Assembly (NCBI GenBank): GCA_038321865.1
Contig: JBBQFH010000003.1
Span: 64,001-128,000, forward strand
Reading direction: 5' to 3'
Source: Gemmatimonadales bacterium
GTDB lineage: Bacteria > Gemmatimonadota > Gemmatimonadetes > Gemmatimonadales > GWC2-71-9
DNA: 64,000 nt
Position numbers and translations under genes: made by a program. Position 1 is the stretch's first letter, and each line of letters starts with the position of its first letter. Shown in pieces: positions 29,051 to 38,338 of the stretch. The notes beneath the pieces are model-generated. The model worked only from the letters and a program-made list of their open reading frames with translations, ran no database searches and was not told where the DNA came from.

Positions 29051-29202
29051 AACAAACCCTCCATCGGGCACGGGATACGGGCAGCATCGATAAGAGACAG
29101 GATAGCGATTGAATACCACGCCGTCAATGGTACGGACGAAATTTGGTGGTACGACGTAGGGGCGCTATTTTGGTACTCCACTGCTGCATTGGAGGTTTTT
29201 GT

Positions 29203-29418
29203 ATGCGCGAAGTGAAGGCAGGACAATCAGTTACAGTGACAACAGCCGACAATCGGGCAGTCAAGCGGAGAGCCATTAGCGGCGTCGTCAACGGCGACGA
29301 TTTCCCAGTGATCTGGGTTTGCGACGACACGGAATACGCTGTCGCGAAGCGGGAAGGCCGCTTACCGATAGGTGTTCCGTGGCCTTCGGATTGCGTTCGG
29401 TCGAATGATACCACTTGA
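29203..29418 (+). CDS. Small hypothetical protein (71 aa)
   Basis: GGAGG SD at 29191-29195; MREVKAGQSVTVTTAD...VIWVC...EY..A..EGR.P.GVPWP. Confidence 0.6.
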   Translation: MREVKAGQSVTVTTADNRAVKRRAISGVVNGDDFPVIWVCDDTEYAVAKREGRLPIGVPWPSDCVRSNDTT

Positions 29419-29443
29419 CAGACGGGCAGTAGTCAAGCATATT
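29415..29443 (+). promoter_or_regulatory. Sigma70-type promoter for the transposase-methyltransferase pair
   Basis: TTGACA (29415-29420), 17-bp spacer, CATATT (29438-29443). Confidence 0.55.
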
Positions 29444-29486
29444 CGTTCAGTTAGAGTTTACCATAGTAAACCGCTGAGCGAGCCAA

Positions 29487-30350
29487 ATGAACCGCCTGAG
29501 CACCGAACGTCGCACCCAGATTCTTGCCGCCCTCTGCGAAGGTGCATCGGTGAGCGCCGCCGCGCGCCAGAGCGGCGCGTCCAAGGTGACGGTCCTCAAG
29601 TTGTTGGCCGAGGTCGGGCAGGTGTGCCTAGATTACCAACGCGCGACGCTGGTTGATCTGCCGTGCAAGACGATTCAGGCCGACGAAATTTGGTCGTTTA
29701 TCGCCTGTAAGGAGCGCAACGTTCCCCGTGATGAAAAGGGCCGTGGTCGCGGGGACTGCTGGACCTGGACGGCGCTGTGCGCCGATACGAAGCTGGTTCC
29801 CTGCTGGCACCTCGGCACGCGCGATGCCGATGCCGCCAAGCTATTCATGGAGGATTTGGCATCGCGTCTCGCGACCCGCGTTCAACTCACGACAGATGGC
29901 CACCGCGCCTATCTGTCCGCCGTGGAAAAGGCGTTTGGGTGGAACGGTGTGGACTACGCGATGCTAGTCAAACTCTACGGTGCACCGGAGGGGTCAGGCG
30001 TACGTCGGTACAGCCCGCCCGAAATTCTCGGCATTGAGCGGCATTGGGTGATGGGGCAGCCAGAGGAGAAGCTCGTTTCGACGAGCTACGCCGAACGACA
30101 GAACCTGACCATGCGCATGAACGTGCGACGGCTGACGCGGCTGACCAACGGCTTCTCCAAGAAGATCGAGAACCATGGGCACGCGATGGCGCTGTATTTC
30201 ATGCACTACAATTTTTGCCGGAAGCACGAGACGCTGACCAAGGCGAAGGGTGGCGTCCACACGACCCCGGCGATGGCCGCTGGCGTCGCGGATCGCGTCT
30301 GGAAGATCGCCGATATTGTTGCCCTGCTGGAAGCCAAGGAGACCGCATGA
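29487..30350 (+). CDS. IS1-family DDE transposase (single ORF, N-terminal HTH)
   Basis: ADEIWSFI, TTDG, STSYAERQNLTMRM and RLTNGFSKK motifs; C-terminal TPAMAAG. Confidence 0.9.
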   Translation: MNRLSTERRTQILAALCEGASVSAAARQSGASKVTVLKLLAEVGQVCLDYQRATLVDLPCKTIQADEIWSFIACKERNVPRDEKGRGRGDCWTWTALCADTKLVPCWHLGTRDADAAKLFMEDLASRLATRVQLTTDGHRAYLSAVEKAFGWNGVDYAMLVKLYGAPEGSGVRRYSPPEILGIERHWVMGQPEEKLVSTSYAERQNLTMRMNVRRLTRLTNGFSKKIENHGHAMALYFMHYNFCRKHETLTKAKGGVHTTPAMAAGVADRVWKIADIVALLEAKETA

Positions 30351-31879
30351 CGCGTCGCCCGTCGTCCGTGGTTGATACGCGCGTTATCTACTGCGGGGAC
30401 TGCTTGGAGCGGCTACGGACGCTGCCGGATGCGTGCGTGGACCTGATCTACATCGACCCGCCGTTTAACTCCAATCGCAATTACGAGGTGTTTTGGGGCG
30501 AGACAAAGGAGAAGCGCGCGTTTGACGACCGTCACGCGAGCACCCAGGCGTACATCGACTACATGCGCCCTAGGTGCGTCGAGATGGCCCGCGTGCTGAA
30601 ACAGACCGGCAGCTTCTATTACCACTGTGACTGGCACGCTTCGCACTACGTGAAGGTCATGCTCGACCAGATTCTCGGCGAGGACAACTTTCTAAACGAG
30701 ATCATCTGGCAACGCTCCGATACTCACAACGACGCTAAGAATCAATTTCCGGTTGTGAGTGATTCCATCTTCCTGTACGGCGGGGGCGGCAATCACTTCT
30801 TTCAACCGCAGTACACCGACTATCCCGAAAAGACGTTGCGCGAGTGGTACTTATGGCTAGACCTGCCCGACGGCACAACGCGGCGCATGACTGAGATAGA
30901 GTGCAAGACGCAGGAAATACCTCCAGGCGCGCGACGATTCAACACGGGTGACATGACCAGTCCTAACCCGCGTCCGAATCTCATGTACGAGTACAAGGGA
31001 TATTCGTACCCGGCGAAGGGCTGGCGATACTCGCGTGAGACGATGGCAGAGCTTGACGCGAAAGGCTTGTTGTTGTTTCCGGCCGAGAAAACAGGTCGGA
31101 TCATGCGCAAGCGGTATCTCGATGAACAAAAGGGGCCGATGCTGGGGAATGTGTGGACCGACATTGACCAGTTGCGTGCGAACGACGCCGAGCGGCTCGG
31201 ATATCCCACTCAGAAGCCGCTAGCTCTGCTCGACCGAATCATTCAGGCGAGCAGCAAGCCGAACGATATCGTGATTGACGCCTTCTGCGGCTGCGGGACG
31301 GCGCTAGTCTCGGCCCAACTGCTCAAGCGTCAATGGATCGGCATAGACATCTCTCCAACCGCGTGCCGCGTCATGGCCAAGCGCTTGCGGGATGTATGCG
31401 AGTTGCGCGAGGATGAATCCCTGTGGCGAGCTGGGCGGGGGCTTGTTGTCCGTGACCTGCCGTGGAGCGAGGACCAGCTGCGGAAGCTGCCGCCTTTTGA
31501 GTTTGAGAATTGGGCCGTGATCGCGCTCGGCGGGATTCCAAACAAGGCGCAGGTCGGCGACATGGGGATTGACGGGCGGATTTATCCGGTTTCAGCGGTC
31601 CCGGCCAAGGCCGACACGAAAGACCCGGCTTTCGATTTCATGGATATTTGGTACCCGATCCAGGTCAAGCAGCGCGACAAGGTGGGACGGCCCGACATCG
31701 ACTCCTTTGAAGCTGTCATGACGCGCACCGACCGGACCAAGGGCTTCTTTGTGTCCTTCGCCTTTTCACGGGATGCGCTGGCCGAGATCGACGCCTTTTT
31801 TCGCAAGTCTGGAAAGGTCATTATCCCCCTGACCGTCCGCGAAATCCTAGACGAGCAACTGGCCGCGAAACTCGCCTAG
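30347..31879 (+). CDS. N6-A/N4-C DNA methyltransferase fused to a C-terminal Mrr-like endonuclease domain
   Basis: DLIYIDPPF precedes YPTQKP and DAFCGCGT (beta-class order); tail FEFENW...GDMGIDG...QVKQ...GFFVSF. Confidence 0.85.
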   Translation: MTRRPSSVVDTRVIYCGDCLERLRTLPDACVDLIYIDPPFNSNRNYEVFWGETKEKRAFDDRHASTQAYIDYMRPRCVEMARVLKQTGSFYYHCDWHASHYVKVMLDQILGEDNFLNEIIWQRSDTHNDAKNQFPVVSDSIFLYGGGGNHFFQPQYTDYPEKTLREWYLWLDLPDGTTRRMTEIECKTQEIPPGARRFNTGDMTSPNPRPNLMYEYKGYSYPAKGWRYSRETMAELDAKGLLLFPAEKTGRIMRKRYLDEQKGPMLGNVWTDIDQLRANDAERLGYPTQKPLALLDRIIQASSKPNDIVIDAFCGCGTALVSAQLLKRQWIGIDISPTACRVMAKRLRDVCELREDESLWRAGRGLVVRDLPWSEDQLRKLPPFEFENWAVIALGGIPNKAQVGDMGIDGRIYPVSAVPAKADTKDPAFDFMDIWYPIQVKQRDKVGRPDIDSFEAVMTRTDRTKGFFVSFAFSRDALAEIDAFFRKSGKVIIPLTVREILDEQLAAKLA

Positions 31880-31880
31880 C

Positions 31881-31898
31881 TCAAACTGTACCAGTACG
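31881..31898 (-). repeat. Right terminal inverted repeat TCAAACTGTACCAGTACG
   Basis: TCAAACTGTACCA is the exact reverse complement of 27963-27975. Confidence 0.85.
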
Positions 31899-31906
31899 GC
31901 CGCATC
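31899..31906 (+). repeat. Right target-site duplication gccgcatc
   Basis: Identical to 27950-27957. Confidence 0.85.
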
Positions 31907-31951
31907 CCATCGCTTGCTCTCGATGTCCAACCCGTTTAACATTCAGGGCTT

Positions 31952-33292
<1,341 letters not shown>

Positions 33293-33315
33293 CCCCGCAC
33301 ACACCAGGAACGGAC

Positions 33316-33579
33316 ATGGCAACCCGCATTCGTCTGCGTCGCGAAGGTCGCAAGAAGCTCCCGATGTACCGCATCGTCATCGCGGACCGGGAAGCGCCGC
33401 GCGACGGCCGCTTCATCGAAGTGATCGGCACGTACAATCCGAAGGCCGCCGACGGGAAGCAGGTCACCGTGGACGCTGAAAAGGCGCGCGAGTGGATCGG
33501 CAAGGGCGCGACGGCGACGGAAACCGTGCAGTCGCTGCTGAAGAAGGCCGGCGTCTTCCAGCCCGTCGCCGCCTCGTAA
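33316..33579 (+). CDS. rpsP: 30S ribosomal protein S16
   Basis: IRLRREG...YRIV.AD...PRDGRFIE.IG.YNP. Confidence 0.98.
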   Translation: MATRIRLRREGRKKLPMYRIVIADREAPRDGRFIEVIGTYNPKAADGKQVTVDAEKAREWIGKGATATETVQSLLKKAGVFQPVAAS

Positions 33580-33581
33580 CC

Positions 33582-34106
33582 ATGGCGGGTGCCCGCCACC
33601 TGGTGGTGGGTCGGCTGCGGAAGCCGCACGGATTGAAGGGCGAGATCAACGTCTTTCCGCTGACCAGTGAGCCCGAGGCGGTGCTCGCGGTCGGACGAGA
33701 GGTGTGGATCGTCGGGCTGGACGCGGAGGAGGTCGGCGGACCGTTTGCGATCGAGCGCTCGCGCGGGTATCACCGCGAGTGGCTGGTAAAGTTTCGCGGG
33801 ATCGAGCACCGGGATGCGTGGGAGCCCTGGCGGGGACTCTTTCTGGGTGCGCCGGCGGAGACGCTCAAGCCGCCGGACGGCGACGAGGTCTACCTCCACG
33901 AGCTCGAGGGGTTCTCGGTCCGCCACGAGGACGGCACCGCGCTGGGCCTGGTGAGCGCGGTCTACGAGCTGCCGTCGGGGATCATGATCGAGGTCCAGGG
34001 GCCGAAGCGCGAGTTTCTGCTGCCGTACAAGAAGGAGTTCGTCGTCGCCGTGGACCGCGACGCCAGGCGGCTGACGGTGGCGCCGCCCAACGGACTGCTC
34101 GACTGA
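33582..34106 (+). CDS. rimM: Ribosome maturation factor RimM
   Basis: VGRL.KPHGLKGE, Y.HELEG; conserved synteny. Confidence 0.95.
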   Translation: MAGARHLVVGRLRKPHGLKGEINVFPLTSEPEAVLAVGREVWIVGLDAEEVGGPFAIERSRGYHREWLVKFRGIEHRDAWEPWRGLFLGAPAETLKPPDGDEVYLHELEGFSVRHEDGTALGLVSAVYELPSGIMIEVQGPKREFLLPYKKEFVVAVDRDARRLTVAPPNGLLD

Positions 34107-34798
34107 TGATCACGATCGACGTCGTCACGCTGTTTCCCGAGGTGTTCGCGCCGTTCGTCGCCGCGAGCATTCCCGGGCGGGCGGTTGAGGCGGGGCTGGT
34201 GAGCTTCCGGCTGGTCCAGCTGCGAGACTTCACCCACGACCGCCACAATACGGTGGACGACTACGCCTATGGCGGCGGGGCGGGGATGGTGCTCAAGCCC
34301 GAGCCGTTCTTCGAGGCGGTCGAATCGCTGAAGCCGGTCGGGCCGGTGGTGCTGCTGTCGGCGCGGGGCCGGCGCTTCACCCACGACGACGCGGTGCGGC
34401 TCTCGCTGGGCGACCGGATGACGCTGCTCTGCGGGCACTACAAGGACGTGGACCAGCGGGTGGCGGAGGGGTTGGCGACCGAGGAGCTCTCGATCGGCGA
34501 CTTCGTGCTCTCGGGTGGTGAGCCGGCGGCGCTCTGTGTGCTCGACGCCGTGGTGCGGCTCCTTCCCGGCGCCCTGGGCGATCACGAGTCCGCCAGTGGC
34601 GATTCGCATTACGACGGGCTGCTGAGCCCGCCAAGCTACACCCGGCCGGCGGAGTATCGCGGCCGAAGCGTACCCGACGTGCTGCGGTCGGGCAACCATG
34701 CCGGGATCGAGGCGTGGCGTCAGGCGGAGTCGGAGCGCCTGACTCGCGAGCGGCGGCCCGATCTGTGGGCACGGCACGAGTCCTTGCACCAGCCCTGA
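34106..34798 (+). CDS. trmD: tRNA (guanine37-N1) methyltransferase
   Basis: [27 protein letters not shown] and YTRP motifs. Confidence 0.97.
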   Translation: MITIDVVTLFPEVFAPFVAASIPGRAVEAGLVSFRLVQLRDFTHDRHNTVDDYAYGGGAGMVLKPEPFFEAVESLKPVGPVVLLSARGRRFTHDDAVRLSLGDRMTLLCGHYKDVDQRVAEGLATEELSIGDFVLSGGEPAALCVLDAVVRLLPGALGDHESASGDSHYDGLLSPPSYTRPAEYRGRSVPDVLRSGNHAGIEAWRQAESERLTRERRPDLWARHESLHQP

Positions 34799-34827
34799 AC
34801 GGGCATTCTCACTGTAGGGGGTTTGCG

Positions 34828-35175
34828 ATGGAGCGGTTGGCGGAAGTGGCCCGGGAGGGCCTGCGCACGGACATGCCGGCGTTCGATCCGGGCGATACGA
34901 TCCGTGTGATGGTGCGGGTGAAGGAAGGCGAGAAGGAGCGGCTCCAGGCGTTCGAAGGCCTGGTCATCGCCAAGCGCGGCGGCGGCATCAGCGAGAACTT
35001 CACGGTGCGCAAGGTCTCCGCCGGCGTCGGCGTCGAGCGCATCTTCCCCATCCACAGCCCGATCATCTCGTCGGTGGACGTCGTGCGGCGCGGCAAGGTG
35101 CGCCGGGCCAAGCTCTACTATCTCCGTGCGCTCAGCGGCAAGGCCGCGCGCATCAAGGAACGCCGCGAGAGATAG
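34828..35175 (+). CDS. rplS: 50S ribosomal protein L19
   Basis: [12 protein letters not shown]...GVERIFP...[12 protein letters not shown]. Confidence 0.98.
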   Translation: MERLAEVAREGLRTDMPAFDPGDTIRVMVRVKEGEKERLQAFEGLVIAKRGGGISENFTVRKVSAGVGVERIFPIHSPIISSVDVVRRGKVRRAKLYYLRALSGKAARIKERRER

Positions 35176-35178
35176 GCG

Positions 35179-35832
35179 ATGATCCGCCCCACGCTGGCGC
35201 GCGAGCGCGAAGCCTGGGCGGAGGCGCACCTGCTCGTCGGAGTGGACGAGGTCGGCCGCGGCCCGCTGGCAGGTCCAGTGGTAGCCGCGGCCGTCGTGTT
35301 TCCCGCCAGCTGCCGGAGCGTTCCCGGCGTCCGCGACAGCAAGACCCTGCCGATCGAAGCCCGCACCCGACTCGCCCTGTTGATCCGCCGCCGGGCGCTC
35401 GGAGTCGCCCTCGGCGCCGCGTCGGTGCGGGAGATCGACCGGCTCAACATCCGCGTCGCCACCGCGCTCGCCATGCGGCGCGCCCTCGTGCGCCTGATCC
35501 GCCGCACCCTGTCCGACGGCCGGCCCTACCGGATCATCATCGACGGGCTGCCGCTGCCGGAGGTGGGCTACACCCACCGTGCGCTGGTGGATGGCGACGC
35601 CCTCTGCATGTCCATCGCCGCGGCGGGCATCGTGGCGAAAACCGTGCGCGACCGGCTCATGCACCGGCTGGCGGCGCGGCATCCGCTCTACGGCTGGCAC
35701 ACCAACGTGGGCTACGGGACGCTGGCGCATCAGGAAGGCATCCGCGCCCACGGGCCGACCCGGCACCATCGCCTGACGTTCGCTCCGCTGGCGCAGCTGC
35801 CGCTGGATCTGGAATCGTTCATCGCGAACTGA
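35179..35832 (+). CDS. rnhB: Ribonuclease HII
   Basis: GVDEVGRGPLAGPV, DSK, IDG, SIAAA.IVAK..RD and GYGT motifs. Confidence 0.96.
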   Translation: MIRPTLAREREAWAEAHLLVGVDEVGRGPLAGPVVAAAVVFPASCRSVPGVRDSKTLPIEARTRLALLIRRRALGVALGAASVREIDRLNIRVATALAMRRALVRLIRRTLSDGRPYRIIIDGLPLPEVGYTHRALVDGDALCMSIAAAGIVAKTVRDRLMHRLAARHPLYGWHTNVGYGTLAHQEGIRAHGPTRHHRLTFAPLAQLPLDLESFIAN

Positions 35833-35866
35833 GCGCCACTTTCCCGCTCCTTCAGACTGGACCGTC

Positions 35867-38338
35867 ATGTCACTCCGCCTGGCCCCGTTCATCGGGCTCC
35901 TTTTCGCCGGCACCGTCGCCGCACAGACGCCGGTCCCAGCTCCGGTTCTCGTCTCGAACGCCGAGCGGATGGCGAACGACCGCTACACCCGCTCCCACGA
36001 CTACGATCTCGTGCATCAGCGGATCGAGCTGAGCCGGTTCGACTGGGACTCACTGGGATTCGACGGACGGGTGGCGACGACACTGATCGCCCTCCGGCCC
36101 GGACTCGATTCCGTAGTGCTGGATGCCGGGAAGCTGCTCCAGCTGCGGCGGGTCACCGCCGGCACGCGGGCGCTCACCTATGCCCAGCGTGGCGATACCC
36201 TTGTGATCCGGCTGGCACGCCCCGCCACCTTCCGCGATACGGTCCGCTTCACGATCGACTACCACGCCCGCATCGAGAATGGCCAGGGGCTGACCTTCAA
36301 GAAGGCCGAAGCGGGCCGCGCGCACTACCCGCAGCAGATCTGGAGCCAGGGCGAGGATCACAACAATCACTTCTGGTTTCCGACCTACGACTTCCCCAAC
36401 GACAAGATGACCTGGGAGCTCGTCGCCACGTTGCCGTCGGTGTATACCGCCGTCTCCAATGGCCGCCTGGTGAGCGACACACGCGCCGGCGGGATGCGGA
36501 CGATGACGTGGTCCCAGGAGAAGCCGTCCGCGACGTACCTGGTATCGCTCGTCGTGGCGCCCCTGGCCAAGATCGCCGACAGCTGGCGCGGCATGCCGGT
36601 CGATTACTACGTCTACCACGAGGACAGTGCGCTGGCGCGCCCGCTGTTCCGCGTGACACCCGACATGATCGAGGTCTACTCCCGCCTGACCGGCATACGG
36701 TATCCGTGGGCCAAGTACGCCCAGACCACCGTGGCCGACTTTTTCGGCGGCATGGAAAACGTCAGTGCCACGACACTGGTGGACTGGCTTCCGGATGCCC
36801 GCGCCTATCAGGATCGTCCCTGGTACCAGTACATCCTGATTCCGCACGAGCTGGCGCACCAGTGGTTCGGTGACTACGTGACGACCGAGAACTGGGCCAA
36901 CATGTGGCTTAACGAGGGCTTTGCGGAGTTCATGCCTGGGCAGTACTGGAACGCGAAGCTCGGCCGTCACGCGGAGGACGATTACTACCTCGACGAGTAC
37001 CGCCAGTTCCTGCGGATCGATGCGCGGCGGCGGATGCCGCTCGCCGCGCTCGAATCGAACAACATCTATCCCCGCGGCGCGCTGGTGCTCCGCATGCTGC
37101 AGCGCCAGCTCGGCGAGCAGCCCTTCTGGGCCTCGATCAATCATTTCCTGACGACCCACGCGTTCGACAACGCGGTCACCGACGACCTCCGGCAGTCGGT
37201 GCTGGCTGCGACTGGGCGCAATCTCGACTGGTTCTGGGATGAATGGGTGTATCAGGCGGGGTATCCGGAGTTCACCGTCACGCAGAGCTACGATGCCGGC
37301 GCGCGTCGGCTCACCCTCCTGATTCGGCAGACCCAGGCCGATACCGCTACGGCGGATACCACGGGGCTTCGCTACTCGACGCCGAGGGCCTTCCGGATGC
37401 CGGTCACCATTCGCGTGGGCACCGCGCAGGGTGACGTGATCGGCCACGGCGAGCTGCGCACCCGCGAGGATCCGATCACCGTGAACGGCGTCCAGTCCGA
37501 GCCGACGATGGTGGTGTTCGACGACGGCAACACGATCCTGAAGCGTCTCACCTTCGACCAGCCCACGGCCTCGCTCGCGATGCAGCTCAGCCGGGACCCG
37601 GATCTGTGGAACCGTACATGGGTGATCACTGAGCTCGGCAAGCGGACGGCGGACTCGGCGGCCGCAACCGCCCTGGCCGGCGCGGTCCGCGGCGCCGACT
37701 ACTACGGCACGCGCGCGGAAGCGGCGTCGGCGCTGATGGGTTTTCCGTCGGCAGTCGCGCTGCCCGTGCTGGACGCCGCCCTGCGCGACACCTCTGCGCT
37801 GGTTCGGCGCGCCGCGGTCGCGGCGATCGGCGGGCTGTCCGGCGGCGATCCGGCCGCCCTCGCGGCCGTGCGGAATGCCTGGGACCATGACGCGAGCTAT
37901 GACGTGCGCGCGGCGGCGCTCGGCGCGATCGCGCGACGCGATACGGCGGGTCGCGCGGCGATCATCCGCACCGGTCTCACCACCCCGTCCTATCAGGATG
38001 CGATCCAGAATGCCGCGCTAGGCGCCGCGGGGTTTTTCGCCGGCGCGGTACCCGCGTCGGAGCTGGAGCCGCTGCTCGGTACCACGCTGAATGCCGCCTT
38101 CGTGCTCGCCGGCATGGCGTCGAGGGGGGACACCGCCGCGATGCAGATCCTGGTGCGGCACCTTGATGAGGATCGCGCCTGGGTGCGCGACTGGTCGCTC
38201 CAGGCGATCCGGCAGGGGATGCCTGCGGCGCTCGCGCTCGCCCAGCTCGATGCGGCAACCACCAGTCTCCGGCACGCCGACACGAAATCCGCCGTGGCGC
38301 GAGCGATCGCCGAGCTGAGGAAGCCGGCGGCCCCATGA
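35867..38338 (+). CDS. Secreted M1 aminopeptidase with HEAT repeats
   Basis: GGMEN and HELAHQWFG...NEG motifs; C-terminal HEAT-like repeats. Confidence 0.92.
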   Translation: MSLRLAPFIGLLFAGTVAAQTPVPAPVLVSNAERMANDRYTRSHDYDLVHQRIELSRFDWDSLGFDGRVATTLIALRPGLDSVVLDAGKLLQLRRVTAGTRALTYAQRGDTLVIRLARPATFRDTVRFTIDYHARIENGQGLTFKKAEAGRAHYPQQIWSQGEDHNNHFWFPTYDFPNDKMTWELVATLPSVYTAVSNGRLVSDTRAGGMRTMTWSQEKPSATYLVSLVVAPLAKIADSWRGMPVDYYVYHEDSALARPLFRVTPDMIEVYSRLTGIRYPWAKYAQTTVADFFGGMENVSATTLVDWLPDARAYQDRPWYQYILIPHELAHQWFGDYVTTENWANMWLNEGFAEFMPGQYWNAKLGRHAEDDYYLDEYRQFLRIDARRRMPLAALESNNIYPRGALVLRMLQRQLGEQPFWASINHFLTTHAFDNAVTDDLRQSVLAATGRNLDWFWDEWVYQAGYPEFTVTQSYDAGARRLTLLIRQTQADTATADTTGLRYSTPRAFRMPVTIRVGTAQGDVIGHGELRTREDPITVNGVQSEPTMVVFDDGNTILKRLTFDQPTASLAMQLSRDPDLWNRTWVITELGKRTADSAAATALAGAVRGADYYGTRAEAASALMGFPSAVALPVLDAALRDTSALVRRAAVAAIGGLSGGDPAALAAVRNAWDHDASYDVRAAALGAIARRDTAGRAAIIRTGLTTPSYQDAIQNAALGAAGFFAGAVPASELEPLLGTTLNAAFVLAGMASRGDTAAMQILVRHLDEDRAWVRDWSLQAIRQGMPAALALAQLDAATTSLRHADTKSAVARAIAELRKPAAP

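Larger units (their letters stand above)
27958..31898. mobile_element. IS1-family insertion sequence carrying passenger genes (transporter IS, 3941 bp)
   Basis: Terminal inverted repeats, flanking 8-bp direct repeat, IS1-type DDE transposase, visibly lower GC than the flanks. Confidence 0.88.

Noticed and set aside
29487..30350. Programmed insA/insB frameshift of classical IS1
   Set aside because: HTH and DDE motifs are in one continuous ORF with no slippery A6C junction needed.
34430..34460. TrmD motif [10 protein letters not shown] instead of CGRYEG.DER
   Set aside because: HYK-type variants occur in other bacterial phyla; the rest of the protein and its synteny are normal.
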